Position numbers and translations under genes: made by a program
The notes under the pieces: model-generated
What the model saw: the letters and a program-made list of their open reading frames with translations, nothing else
What the model was told of the DNA's origin: nothing
Database searches by the model: none
Source of the DNA: Octopus bimaculoides
Taxonomy: Eukaryota
Direction: 5' to 3'
Assembly: GCF_001194135.2 (NCBI RefSeq)
Contig: NC_068982.1
Span: 16,230,820-16,294,819 of the forward strand
DNA length: 64,000 nt
Shown here: piece after piece, positions 50,265 to 62,805 of the stretch
How the letters are laid out: every line of letters begins with the position of its first letter
Numbering within the stretch: the first letter of the stretch is position 1

Positions 50265-50775
50265 GGCCAGCTCCTGTCAAACCATCCAATCCATGCCAGC
50301 ATAAAAACAGACATTAAATGATGATGATGATTATCATGATGATAATGATGATGGTGATATATAAAAAGTACCATCCGAACGTGGTCGATGCCAGTACCCC
50401 CTGACTGGCTACCATGCTGGTGGCACGTAAAAAGTACCATCTGAACACAGCCAGTGCCAGTACCCCCTGACTGGCTCCCATGCTGGTGACAAGTAAAAAA
50501 CACCATCCGAATTTGGCCGATGCCAGTACCTCTGACTGGCCCCCATGCCGAACGTGATCGTTGCCAGGCCCACCTGACTCGCTTTTGTGCCAGTGGCATG
50601 TAAAAAGCACCCATTACACTCTCAGAATGGTTGGCGTTAGGAAGGGTATCCATTTGTAGAAACATTGCCAGATCAGATCGGAGCCTGGTGCAGCCACTGG
50701 CTCTCCAGACCTCAGTCAAACAGTCCAACCCATGCCAGCATGGAAAACGGACGTTAAACAATGATGATGATGATG
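50265..50775 (+). mobile_element. B tail stub followed by a B copy carrying 3.5 tandem 66-bp units
   Basis: Units start at 50353, 50419 and 50485, with a partial at 50550; the standard B body and (GAT)n tail follow. Confidence 0.85.
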
Positions 50776-52372
50776 ACACACACATATACTATAGGAGAAA
50801 AGAACATGAGCATAACTTGGTATTCCTTATTCCACTTGTTACATATGTTTCAGTATTTCGCAACACATGATGTCACATTACAGACACAACTAGTTGGTGC
50901 AGCTTATAGTGCAGACATGGAGCAAACACATCATCAGACAATCAATAAAGAAATACATCATAGCCAACCATTAGATATAGATAACCTGTTCGTATAGGCA
51001 ACAGTGGGAGTTTGATGCGATCAACATCAGAGCTGAAACTTATGAGGTGTAATTGTCACACATTGAGCACATCTTAACATAACTATACGTGTATATACAA
51101 ATACACACACGACCACATATGAACTCCTGCACATAAATCAATATAGATATGCATCAACCACAATACAGATACTTATTTATAAATACACAACACATATACA
51201 TGTATGTGTGCGCGTGTGTTAATGCAGATATTTTGATTTAATGAGACTAAAGTGTAAACTACTTAATGGTCTAAAGGGTTATAAATAAAAACAAAACATC
51301 AATACAAAATAAAAATTTATATTAAAATAGCTTCCAACAAATGTTTAATAACCATGATTATAGGCCTTAGACCATTCCACATATGTAATGTACAGATAGT
51401 GTTTTTTTTTAAGATCAGTTAGAACTGTACTGATATAGGAAGTTATTTGGTACTTATATTAAATTGCTCACCACCATGCGAAAGAGAAATTCTTGTTTTT
51501 CCTAGTTGTTCTTCATTTCTCAAAATATCTGAGACACAATAAAAACTAGAATTTGTTCCATCAACTACACAGGCTTTTCAGTGCCATACTTTCATAGTGT
51601 TTTTAATACACCCATTAGATCAAGGTAATATGAGAGCAAAGAGGTACGACCAATATATGTACAAAAATGTTGCGTGTGTGTGTGTGTTGTGAGTAAAAAG
51701 ACATACATACAAACACACACACATATCCATATACACACATACATGGATATAAACATATATGCATACATACACATATAAACACACACACACACACACACAC
51801 ATGACTAATATATATGAGAAATTATAATCAAAACAAGTTTATATCAATTGTTTCCTACATATGTTTCCACATTGTGGTTGTTTAGAACCTCTGTATTAGA
51901 TGTTTCAAGTATAATTAGATTCTTTATTGCATTATATTACAGAAATTTCTGTAACACAATGCAATAAAACATTCCTCTGATGATTCATAGTGGTTAAGAA
52001 TCCAGTTGCATTTGGAACATCTAGTGCAGAGTTCTAAACAGCCACAGCAGTGAAATGCAGGCAGGAAATAAACAATATCAACTTGTTATTATTGTAATTT
52101 CCCCTACATTTGCTCTGCATATTATAACTAGTAATACTACTAAGTATAGTAGTAACCAAACCACTATACTTGAAGCAGATATGAAACTCTAACTTTACAG
52201 TAGCAGTCATACAGTTAACTGTACACACACACACACACACATATATATACAAATATAAACACATATATATCTACATATATACATTATATATGCTGAAGTG
52301 TTCAAGTCAAGGCATTTAGACGTGTGCTGTGTGCAAGAAGTAAGGTGGTGAGGAGCCTCTTCTAGTTTCCTT

Positions 52373-53140
52373 ATGGGTAAAGATCAAAGCCACAAACTTT
52401 TCTGGGTGTGTAGCAGTGATGGCATGGGTGATATAGGAATATTCTTGGAAGAGAAATGGACAGATAAAGTAACTGAGATAATCAGAATGTGTGACAGGAT
52501 TGTTAAGTTAAGACTAGTATTAAATAGTACAACAGTAACATTTTTCTTGGTATATACTTGATAAGATAGACTGGCAGATGAACAGAAAACCATGAAGCCC
52601 TTCTGGTGATTACCTTTGATAGATGGCTGATGACTTCAGTGAACATACTGAGCAGCACCCTAATGGATTTCATGGTATATAAGTTATGGCTTTAGTTCTA
52701 GAAATGAGGAGGGACCAAAGTTACAGAGGGATTCAGGTGTTGTAAGCGATACCTCTACATTTATTCCCTTATTCTCCCATAATTTACATTGTCTCCCTAT
52801 TACTGTTCTTTATCACTTTTTCCCACTGCCTGACTCATTCCTGTTTCCTTCACTTCTCCCAAAGTGACATTCATCATTGACCATACCTCCATCTATGTGC
52901 CCCATTTCTTGCATCCTTCCCAATCCAAACCTCTAGTCATATGTCATACTCCTTTCATGTGCTCACAAACTTACTACCCACCCACCTTTTCAGTATCATT
53001 CTCTCATTTACATCTTGTACCATGAAGGCACACTTTCACATCTCTCTCTCTCTCTAACTCAGTAAGCCATGTATCTCCTCTTCAACAAGACACTTGCTCC
53101 TGTCCCTCTGTCACACTTTCCTCTCCCTCTGCCAGCTTGC
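52373..53140 (+). mobile_element. RTE AP-endonuclease fragment followed by a B2-type pyrimidine-rich region
   Basis: KLFWVCSSDGMGDIGIFLEEKWTDKVTEIIRMCDRIVKLRLVL, ADDF (GDFN-like) and GFSSRNEEGT; C/T-rich from about 52750. Confidence 0.7.
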
Positions 53141-53143
53141 CAC

Positions 53144-53298
53144 ATCATCATCATCATCATCATCGTTTAACGTCCGCTTTCCATGCTAGCATGGGTTGGA
53201 CGATCTGACTGAGGACTGGTGAAACCGGATGGCAACACCAGGCTCCAGTCTGATTTGGCAGAGTTTCTACAGCTGGATGCCCTTCCTAACGCCAACCA
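53144..53298 (-). mobile_element. B repeat, young, truncated
   Basis: Near-identical to 8441 and 30361; palindrome at 53181-53194. Confidence 0.85.
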
Positions 53299-53304
53299 CC
53301 TTAA

Positions 53305-53705
53305 TATAATATATTATATTATAATATAATATAATAAATGTGAATGTCAGTGAGTCACATTTTTTCAACTTTACTCCTAGAGGCCATAGCCCAACATATC
53401 ATACCATTTTGGAATCAGGCTGACTCAATGAATAAATCAAAAGCATTCTGGGCCGAATCCAGACTCACAATCCTGAAATTTTGGATTCCCTAGATTTCAC
53501 TACCGTGATTGTTTGTGGCGATTGTTTTACGTGACTTTTTGCGACAAATTTTTTTTGTACAGTAACAAATTTTATAATCTAAAGGCTAACTTGGTGGATA
53601 GATTAAAAACATTCCAGGGTGAATCCGGACCTGTAATCCTGAAATTTTGGATTTCTATGTTTTCATTACTGCGATTTTTTTTTACGTGATTTTTTGTGAC
53701 GAATA
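53305..53705 (+). repeat. Element with a 166-bp-period direct repeat, possibly a non-autonomous Helitron-like element
   Basis: AATCCTGAAATTTTGGATT at 53469 and 53635 with homologous flanks; the 5' ATATAATAAATGTGAATGTC resembles Helitron-like starts (recall). Confidence 0.45.
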
Positions 53706-53859
53706 TGATCATCATTGGGTTGTGACTCTGGAGGAGGCAATTGCAACAAATTCTCCAAAATAAGACAGAGATCTGTTTGCAGATCTTCCCATTCAGAGTC
53801 AGTTACTTAAAAGCTATGTACTAGTATAAAAGCCACCCTATTGGGAGGCTTTTAAGCTA

Positions 53860-53861
<2 letters not shown>

Positions 53862-53901
<40 letters not shown>

Positions 53902-54116
53902 NNNNNNNNNNNNNNNNNNNNNNNNNNNNNNNNNNNNNNNNNNNNNNNNNNNNNNNNNNNNNNNNNNNNNNNNNNNNNNNNNNNNNNNNNNNNNNNNNNN
54001 NNNNNNNNNNNNNNNNNATATATATACATATATATATATGAATATATATATAGATACATATATACATATATATGTATATATATATATGTGTATATATATG
54101 TGAGTATATATAAATA

Positions 54117-54176
<60 letters not shown>

Positions 54177-54324
54177 GATATATACATATATGTATATAGA
54201 TATATACATATATACACACATATATATACATGTCCACACACACATATATGCATACATGTATACATACATGTACACATACTTATACACGTATATATAGACA
54301 CACACACACATATATATACATGTA

Positions 54325-54380
<56 letters not shown>
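53862..54380. repeat. Compound (TA)n/(TG)n/(CA)n microsatellite block; similar blocks at about 7320, 13297, 13753, 16320, 24530, 36940, 37505, 48305, 51700 and 56167
   Basis: Directly visible; most N gaps abut such blocks. Confidence 0.95.
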
Positions 54381-54381
<1 letters not shown>

Positions 54382-55224
54382 ATCTGTTTGAAGCTGATGT
54401 TACAGCCAATTTCACTCTTGTATTTTCTTTCATTTTGCTGCTCCAGTTGTTGTTGTTGTTTAGAAAAGTAAAAACCAGAAAAATCAAAGAAGAGAAAAAC
54501 AAGAGAGAGCAGTTTCAAGTACAAGATGAGATTCAGGCAAAGAGTTGTTTTGATGATGCATAGTTGGCATAAAGCATTGATAAANNNNNNNNNNNNNNNN
54601 NNNNNNNNNNNNNNNNNNNNNNNNNNNNNNNNNNNNNNNNNNNNNNNNNNNNNNNNNNNNNNNNNNNNNNNNNNNNNNNNNNNNNNNNNNNNNNNNNNNN
54701 NNNNNNNNNNNNNNNNNNNNNNNNNNNNNNNNNNNNNNNNNNNNNNNNNNNNNNNNNNNNNNNNNNNNNNNNNNNNNNNNNNNNNNNNNNNNNNNNNNNN
54801 NNNNNNNNNNNNNNNNNNNNNNNNNNNNNNNNNNNNNNNNNNNNNNNNNNNNNNNNNNNNNNNNNNNNNNNNNNNNNNNNNNNNNNNNNNNNNNNNNNNN
54901 NNNNNNNNNNNNNNNNNNNNNNNNNNNNNNNNNNNNNNNNNNNNNNNNNNNNNNNNNNNNNNNNNNNNNNNNNNNNNNNNNNNNNNNNNNNNNNNNNNNN
55001 NNNNNNNNNNNNNNNNNNNNNNNNNNNNNNNNNNNNNNNNNNNNNNNNNNNNNAAAAAAAAAAAAAAAACACAAGTTTGGTATCTATTGACTACTGGCTG
55101 TTACTGGTAATGGGGGTGACCATATTGGCTCCCATGCTCTTCTTGCCACTGAATGGGGGTGGGGTTACCTCACAAAGTACCAGCATTCTCTACATTTCCT
55201 TAACTCTTTTGATACCTGACTGGC

Positions 55225-55482
55225 TCCTGTGCTGGTGGCAAGTAAAAAGCACCATTTGAGCATAGTCGATGTCAGTGCCACCTGGTTGGCCCCCGTGCCC
55301 GTGGCACATAAAAAGTACCCACTACATTCTCAGAGTGGTTGGCGTTAGGAAGGGCATCCAGCTGTAGAAACATTGCTAAATCAGATTGGAGCCTGGTGCA
55401 GCCAACTGACTTGGCTGTCCTCAGTCAAACCGTCCAACCCATACCAGTATGAGAAGCGGACGTTAAACGATGATGATGATGA
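55225..55482 (+). mobile_element. B repeat with about 1.5 66-bp units
   Basis: GGTGGCAAGTAAAAAGCACC unit, TTGGCGTTAGGAAGGGCATCCAGCTGTAGAAAC and GGACGTTAAAC(GAT)n. Confidence 0.85.
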
Positions 55483-55899
55483 TTGCTCTTGACCCTATGA
55501 TACAAACTTTCTGTTTTAATGCTGTTTTAGCTAAAACTTTCTTTCAAAATTTCATGTTAAATTATGTTCAAAACACCAGATTAACGGCAAAAGTTATTTT
55601 ACTAAATTCTTTATAATTTTCACAATTAATTGAAATAAAGGCAGTGTACTTCAGTAAAATTAGGGCAACAAAAGGGTTAAAACTAAAATCAAAAGCAAAC
55701 CCTACAGGACAATTTTCTCTCCTCTTTTCCAACATCCATAGATTCCATTTCAAACTAGACATCACACATTACATAATACTAAGACATAAACTATACATTC
55801 TATTCCTTTCTGAATCACAAATCTTTCACTCCTTACCTTTTAGTCTGTCTACAATTTTAATCCAGGCTATACATTTTACTCAAATTTCATTCAGAAAGA

Positions 55900-56160
55900 T
55901 CCTGTCTGTGTACATGCAATTTTCAGTCATCCTACTCACCTGACGATCAACAACAACAAAGTCATTCAGTTACTCTGGCTCAAATTTTCCTTCCTCAACT
56001 CCTCTAAGTGCATCTACTTCCTCGACTACTCTGCAAACTCCTGAAACCACCAACAACTCCTAAAACTATATCTTTCTGCATTAATGACAACTATATCATA
56101 TTACTGCTCCCTGAAGCATCAACTTCAGTGACTTCAATGCCCAGAACTCAAGATAAATTA
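55900..56160 (+). mobile_element. Possible decayed LINE AP-endonuclease fragment
   Basis: Only an SDFNAQ (GDFNA-like) motif and composition support it. Confidence 0.3.
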
Positions 56161-56180
56161 GTATTAGAGAGAGAGAGAGA

Positions 56181-56241
<61 letters not shown>

Positions 56242-57609
56242 GCTAAGGGAAATGTAGGTAATCTAATGTAAAACACTTGGGGGTATTAAATATAAATCAG
56301 GTTATAAGTTAAGGATTAGTTCTCACAGGGTTGCCTGATATGATGAATTAATTGTAAAGGGTTTACATATTTTATGGTTGAAGATAAGAAAGTTTGGGGG
56401 AATTTTTTAAGAGTGGAGGAAGAGAGCGAAGGCAAAATATACTTAGTCAAACAAGAAAAATTGTTTTATAACGTCAAGTTGGTTCAAAGGAATTTCTAAA
56501 AGCAAAGGTGCTGGTGGATGAGAAATGATTTGATGGCTTGTGGGTGACCAGTGGAAAGTGTGGGTGAGGTCACATACACATGTACACACACACATTTGTT
56601 TGAACTAATATCACACACAGACACACACACTCACTCACACACACACACACACACACACACGCACATGCACAGTGCTTCTAGAAGTCAATTTCACTGCGGT
56701 GGGCAAGTCTTCACGAGAACAGCACAATGCCAATCATCTTAGTCCTTGTTAAGTCCTCTGTGAGGTCCAAGACCCTGAGATTAGCCTTCACCATTTTGTT
56801 CCATGTCTTCCTAGGTCTCTCTTCCATAAACGCAGACTTTTTTATTGCTAGTGTAAGACTTGATGAAAGAAAGTATCTTCTATTTAATCTTTGTTAAATA
56901 AGGGAAGGTTAAAGAAAGGAGGGTTATCAACTGCAAGTTTGCATTAAAACCACAAACTGTAGTTAATATAGTAAAGATTGTAAATGTTTCTGAGATGACA
57001 TCATTCTAAAGGTGAGTCTGGAATGTAAATAAACCACACAAATACAATGCTGTATCGTTAAAGGAGATACAGAGCGAGAGATGTAAAAAATTGTCTCACC
57101 CACAACATATAACTTCACTAAAATTCCAATAATTATTACAAAACTTTCAAATGGAAAATGATCTGTGAGACCTGACAGTTGGATATTGGTAGAGGAATAT
57201 CATATTCCACAGGAACGCTGGGCAACCTGTTCAAAATGTATCTCATCAATCATTTAACAATGGCTAGTGTCCATGATAAGCCAGACTGGCTAGCAGTTGC
57301 ACAGACAATACGTATGCCTGAGAACCAGGAGATGCATGTGGCCTGAAATTACAGGCCAATAGCATACTTAAATATTTTGTAGAAGCTATACACAAGTTGC
57401 ATGAATATCTTTCTTTAAGATCGCTGCAAAACAAACAATGTGATGATTGATGAGCAGGAGGGTAGAAAGAAGAATGTATGAGATTGTCATTAATAAAGCC
57501 GTCCTTAAGGTAGTGGAGTAACATTATGGAAATAAACTAATAGAATGACAATTCTATAAGACACTGCTTTTTCTAAATACTGTTTTTGTAATTTAGCTTA
57601 TAGCTTTTA

Positions 57610-58168
57610 TCTTTTACTTGTTTCAGTCATTAGACTGCAGCCATGCTGGATCACTGAACTGAAGAACTTTCACTCAAATGAATCAACTCAGTAATTTTTT
57701 TTTTTTGTCTGTAAGCCTGGTATTTACTCTATTGGTCTCTTTTGTTGAACCACCAAGTTACAGAGGCATAAACACATCAACACCAGTTGTCAAGCAGAAG
57801 TGGGGGACAAACACAGACACACACATTACATAAATACATATAGGATGCCATGCCGGTGGCACGTTATGAAAAGCACCATTCAAGTGCTGTCGATGCCAGT
57901 GCCACCAGACTGGTTGCCATGCTGGTGGTACATGAAAAGCACCCACTACACTCTTGGAGTGGCTAGCGTTAGGAAGGGTATCCAACTGAAGAAACCTTGC
58001 CAAATCAGATTGGAGCCTGGTGCAGCCTTCCAGCCTGTTTAATGTCCACTTTCCAGTCTGGCATGGGTTGGACGGTTTGACTGAGGACTGGTGAGCCAGA
58101 GGTTGCACTAGGCTCAATCTGATCTGGCAAAGTTTCTACAGCTGGATGCCCTTCCTAATGCCAAACAC
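57610..58168. mobile_element. SINE-A tail (minus, 57610-57835), B (plus, 57850-58035) and B (minus, 58040-58168)
   Basis: Homology to the other A and B copies; the two B copies face each other. Confidence 0.8.
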
Positions 58169-58410
58169 TTGCGGCCGGAGGATCATGGTTTCGATTCCCA
58201 GACCGGGTATTGTGAGTGTTTATTGAGTGAAAACACCTAAAGCTCCACGAGGCTCCGGCAGGGGGTGGTGGCGACCTCTGTAGCACACTTTCGCCCCAAC
58301 TTTCTCTCACTCTTACTTCCTGTTCCTTGAGTAACACTGCGATGGACTGGCATCCCATCCAGCTGGGGGGAATACATACGCCATAGAAACCAGGAAACAT
58401 GGGCGCATAA
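58169..58410 (+). mobile_element. GC-rich tRNA-headed SINE with a V-domain-like core, 5' truncated
   Basis: B box GGTTTCGATTCCC; CTGCGATGGACTGGCATCCCATCCAG (58337-58362) resembles the V-SINE domain (recall). Confidence 0.6.
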
Positions 58411-58442
58411 ATAAATAAATTATATATATATATATATAAGTA

Positions 58443-58600
58443 TGACAAGCTTCTTTCAGTTTCCATCTACCAAGTCCATTCACAAGGTATTGGCCAGCCC
58501 AAGGCTATTGTAGAAGACACTTGCACAAGCTTTCACACAGTGGGACTGTACCCAGAACCATGTGATTGGGAAGCAAACTTCTTACCACACAGCCACACTG
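58443..58600 (-). mobile_element. SINE-A head and core
   Basis: CTTCTTTCAGTTTCCATCTACC..GAAGACACTTGCACAAG..GGGACTGTACCC..CTTACCACACAGCCAC. Confidence 0.8.
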
Positions 58601-61600
58601 AGCTTAAAAAAAAAAAGAAAAAAAATCTAGCTGAAATAATCCCAATCGTTACCAGTACAGTCTGGCAAAGTAACAGAATCAGAGATATCATAGAAATATG
58701 ATTCTATGATCTATGCCTGGAATGAACAGATTAACTAGTGCTTTTAAAGTAGCGCTCCTGATTGGTATGAAGCATCTAATGGGCATTGGGATAGAGAAGC
58801 ATTCATGTGTTTTGCACATGTGTAATGGCATGTATATATAAATTCAGGAAACTGTGTATCATTTCGTTTATTTTTGTAGCAGAATCAAATTCTGCTGACA
58901 CAGACTTTTTAATTTATGAGTGAGATGTCTCCAACATATATTTGTTTACGATGCCGATATTCATATAGACAGAGTAGGCCTATGACCAACCCTACCTCCA
59001 TACTCAATCGTTTGTTACTGTTGTGTGCATGTGTGTGTGTGTGTGTGTGTGATCATACGCATGTGCATGCATGTGCATACATAGATGTATGTGTTACTAC
59101 ATTCTGCAAATTTCAAGCCCAGATCATGTGGTTTTGCATGCATATTTTTAAGTTAAAGAATGTGACAGGTCTACAAGTACAGTAGTAGTAGTAGTAGTAG
59201 TAATAGTGGTGGTGGTGGTGGTGGTGGTGGTGGTAACAGTAGCAGCAGCAATAGCATGGGGGCGTGCACTGTATATATCATTTGTTGGTGACTCCCTACT
59301 CCTGGCAGATGAGGGCTCTGCACCACTCAGGTGACAAGCCTCCAATCCATGGGTCCGTTTTGGGTAGTTGTTGCTGGTGAGAGTTTTATGAGGTCAAATT
59401 GCAAATCCTACCTCATCCACTCTTAGTCATCTTTCATGACACATAGAGGAAACGTTGGGTCTATTCTTTGGCATGCTGGCCCCCCCCCACACGGTACGCA
59501 AGTACATTCAGGAAGCAAGATTGGTTCCAATGTAGAAGGTAGACCAGGAGTGACTGCTCTAATGCTGAGTCCTCATAAGGAAAAGCACCTCAAATATATA
59601 CATTAGATTAGCACCTTAAGACAACATATTTTGCAGTTGTGATATCACTGTTAGACCAATTAACAGACAAATGATAACAGGTGTCTACAATGATGTCATG
59701 ACTTGTAGCATTACTGCTACAAACACCTGTCTGAAACTTAAAGCATGATTGCCAGGTTATTCAAGTGATGGATTGGCTCTTTGATGTATGGCATGGCTGA
59801 CACTGTAAAAGTGTCAGAGCACATAAATTTGTATGTACGTCTGTAAATATAACTGTTTACCAATGTTACAATGTTGAATTGTTTATTTCACAAGTTCTTC
59901 ACAGATACTTGTCCTGTCATCTTTGGATTGTCATTAAGAATTTTTCTCAATCGAATGACATTTATGACATGGATTAATATAAGCAGTTAATTGTTTTATA
60001 AACTCCTAACTTACTGTTTTGTTCTATTTAAATCTCTATTAATAACATTATGTGGAATAAAATCGTCTTGTAAATATTGTGTATACACCAAACACAAGCA
60101 CTTTGTTGGAATTTTAAAATTCTATCACACCTCATTGTTTTTCAGACTCAAATATAAGAATTTGACAATCTTCAGATTATAGGACTACTGGCTTTGGTGG
60201 TGTTGTTCACCCCCTCCTATTGTAAAGTATCATGAAAACTTTAAATCAAAACAGAGTCAGAGGGGCAAATAAAATGGAATTTAATTCAAACAATTACTAC
60301 TGATGTACTTCAGACCATTTTAGTGTAGGTTACAGATAAAGTAGAGCAATCTAATTGTTAGGTTTTATTTTGAACCCAGCTGGTTTCTTAAGTGTTGTTT
60401 CTGCATTTCTCTCAACAATACACATGCATTTCCTATATATACACATGTATATAGAAAATATACAGTCATAGATATACATATATATGACTAATGAGAATTA
60501 TGGCTCAAGAGAAATAACAATCCAACAAATGTTTAGCTTATTATAAACAAAGATATTTGTAACAAAGAATTAAGCAATATGGAGAAGTGCAGAGATAAAA
60601 GGTCGAAATTTATTCGGGCCAGCAAATATTAAGACAGCAACATAAAGTTTAGTTTCATTGCTGCTAATAGCAATAATCAATCATTTATCTTTATACACTG
60701 ATAATCATAGTGAATTAGCAGAACTGAATAAACAAAGAATTGTATGGAAACATCAACATTGAAATGACATCTTGATATCCAGCAACCCAAGTACTGAAAC
60801 CAATAGAATGAACTATACCCCAAAACAGCATGAAATGCATACTCAGTATGAATCCATCCACCCATTTCTCCCCTTCCCCCCTTCCTCCCAAAAAATGTGG
60901 GTTTTCGTATTTTATGAATTTTTGAAACTTATAGCCAAAATGGGGAAAAGCTAATATACACTGCATAGAAAATTGTAAAATCATAAGTGTATGGAGAAAA
61001 GGAATAGAGTTTATAAACTGCAACACTACTAGTGATACAGTTAAAAGCAGAATTGATGATATGGTGAAAAAATAGAATAATCTCTCATTTCTAAGATACA
61101 AAACAATCCGTTTTTTTTTCCTTCTTTGTTTTATTTTTTTCCTTCAAAGTGATAAAAGCACAAACATTACAGATAATTCTAATTTAATGTACTTTCTAAG
61201 ATATGCTATCAAAGACTCCATTCAAGAAGCTTTTGTTTTATAAATCACTTCCAAAGAACAACAGCCAAATAAATGTTTAAGCATTGATTTTTATCATAAA
61301 ACAAAACACAGACAGGAAAAATGTGTCGTACTGGGTGCTGATGGAGAATGGTTAATGTCTGGTTACTGCAATGGGTTCTTCCAGAGAATAAGAACAATAC
61401 AGCCAAACTGTGTATGTGTGCATTATAGTATTTCAAATGAGCTTAACTTGTGAAATAAACGTTTTTAATTTTGAACTCAAATCAGTAAAAGTTTTGACAG
61501 GGTGTGACGGGTGAATAAACTATATCTTGTTCCAGTGTCTCACTTTTGACATGGACTCTATGGCTGAATATTCTTCCAAACATCAACCACTCTTGAGAGT

Positions 61601-62134
61601 GAAAAGGAATGAGGGATTGATAAATCCACCATGGAATCAAAGGGTTCTAAAAGGAAATGCTAAAATCAAATGATGTCTGTTACTGAAGATTTTTGAAATG
61701 AGAAAAGGCCCTTGCATAGGACCAATCCCACTTTCTAAATGATGTACACTTCTGCTTAAAAAGAAGAACTAGTTTAGATCATTAGATATAAATGAATTTG
61801 CATGTGTTACATCAGAGTTTTCCTCCTCTTAAAGAGATATCTAAACAGAGACTAGCAGTCATTCACTTCAATCTGTTGATTCTACTGAGTTCATACATTC
61901 TTTCAAACATTTTGTTTCTCACCCTATAAAGAGTCCAATGAAAACCATCTTTCTTACCATAAAAGCTTGGCAGTGTTGCCAGTTTAATCCCTGATGGCCT
62001 GACAATGCAACAGGTTGTACTGGGTTATATACTTATATGCATATAAACATGTACATCTATATGTATATGAATACATAGACACACACTTATATGTATATAT
62101 TTCTATGTGTATTTATTCTTTTATTCTTTTACTT

Positions 62135-62805
62135 GAACAAATCGACCCCAGGACTTAATCTTTGTAAGCCTAGTACTTATGCTATTGGTCTCTTTTGCCA
62201 AACTGCTAAGTTATGGGGATGCAAACACACCAACATCGGTTGTCAAGCAATGGTGGGGGAGGACAAACACACACACACACATATATATGATGGGCTTCTT
62301 TCAATTTCCGTCTACCAAATCCACTCACAGGGCTTTGGATAGCCCAAGGCTATAGTGGGAAACACTTGCCCAAGGTGCCACATAGTAGGACTGAACCTGG
62401 AACCATGTGGTAGGGAAGCAAGCTTCTTACCATACAGCCACTAAATATTGCACATACAAACATATCATAAAAAGTACCATCTGAACGTGGTTGATGCCAG
62501 CCCCCTCGCCCCAACTGGCTCCTGTACCAGTGGCACGTAAAAAGCACCATCTGAACATGGCCAATGCCAGCACTGCCTTGACTGGCCCCTGTGCTGGTGG
62601 CATGTAAAAGAACCATCCAAACGTGGTTGATGCCAAACCCCTCTGGCCCCTGTGCCAGTGGCACATAAAAAGCACTCACTATATCCTCGGAGTGGTTAGC
62701 ATTAGGAAGGACATCCAGCTGTAGAAACACTGCCACAGATTGGAGCCTGGTGCAACCTCCTGGCTTCCCAGACCCCAGTTGAACCATCCAACCCATGCCA
62801 GCATG
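62135..62805. mobile_element. SINE-A (minus, 62135-62442) followed by a B repeat with three 66-bp-type units (plus, 62470-62805)
   Basis: Homology to the other copies; repeated TAAAAAG.ACCATC.GAAC..GG..GATGCCAG units. Confidence 0.8.

Noticed and set aside
50353-50600. CRISPR-like appearance of the 66-bp units and of the 12-bp units at 45625-45708
   Set aside because: Units are contiguous with no unique spacers, there are no cas genes, and the context is eukaryotic.
57264-57524. 86-aa Cys/His-containing minus ORF
   Set aside because: No zinc-finger spacing, no splice signals, no recognisable homology.
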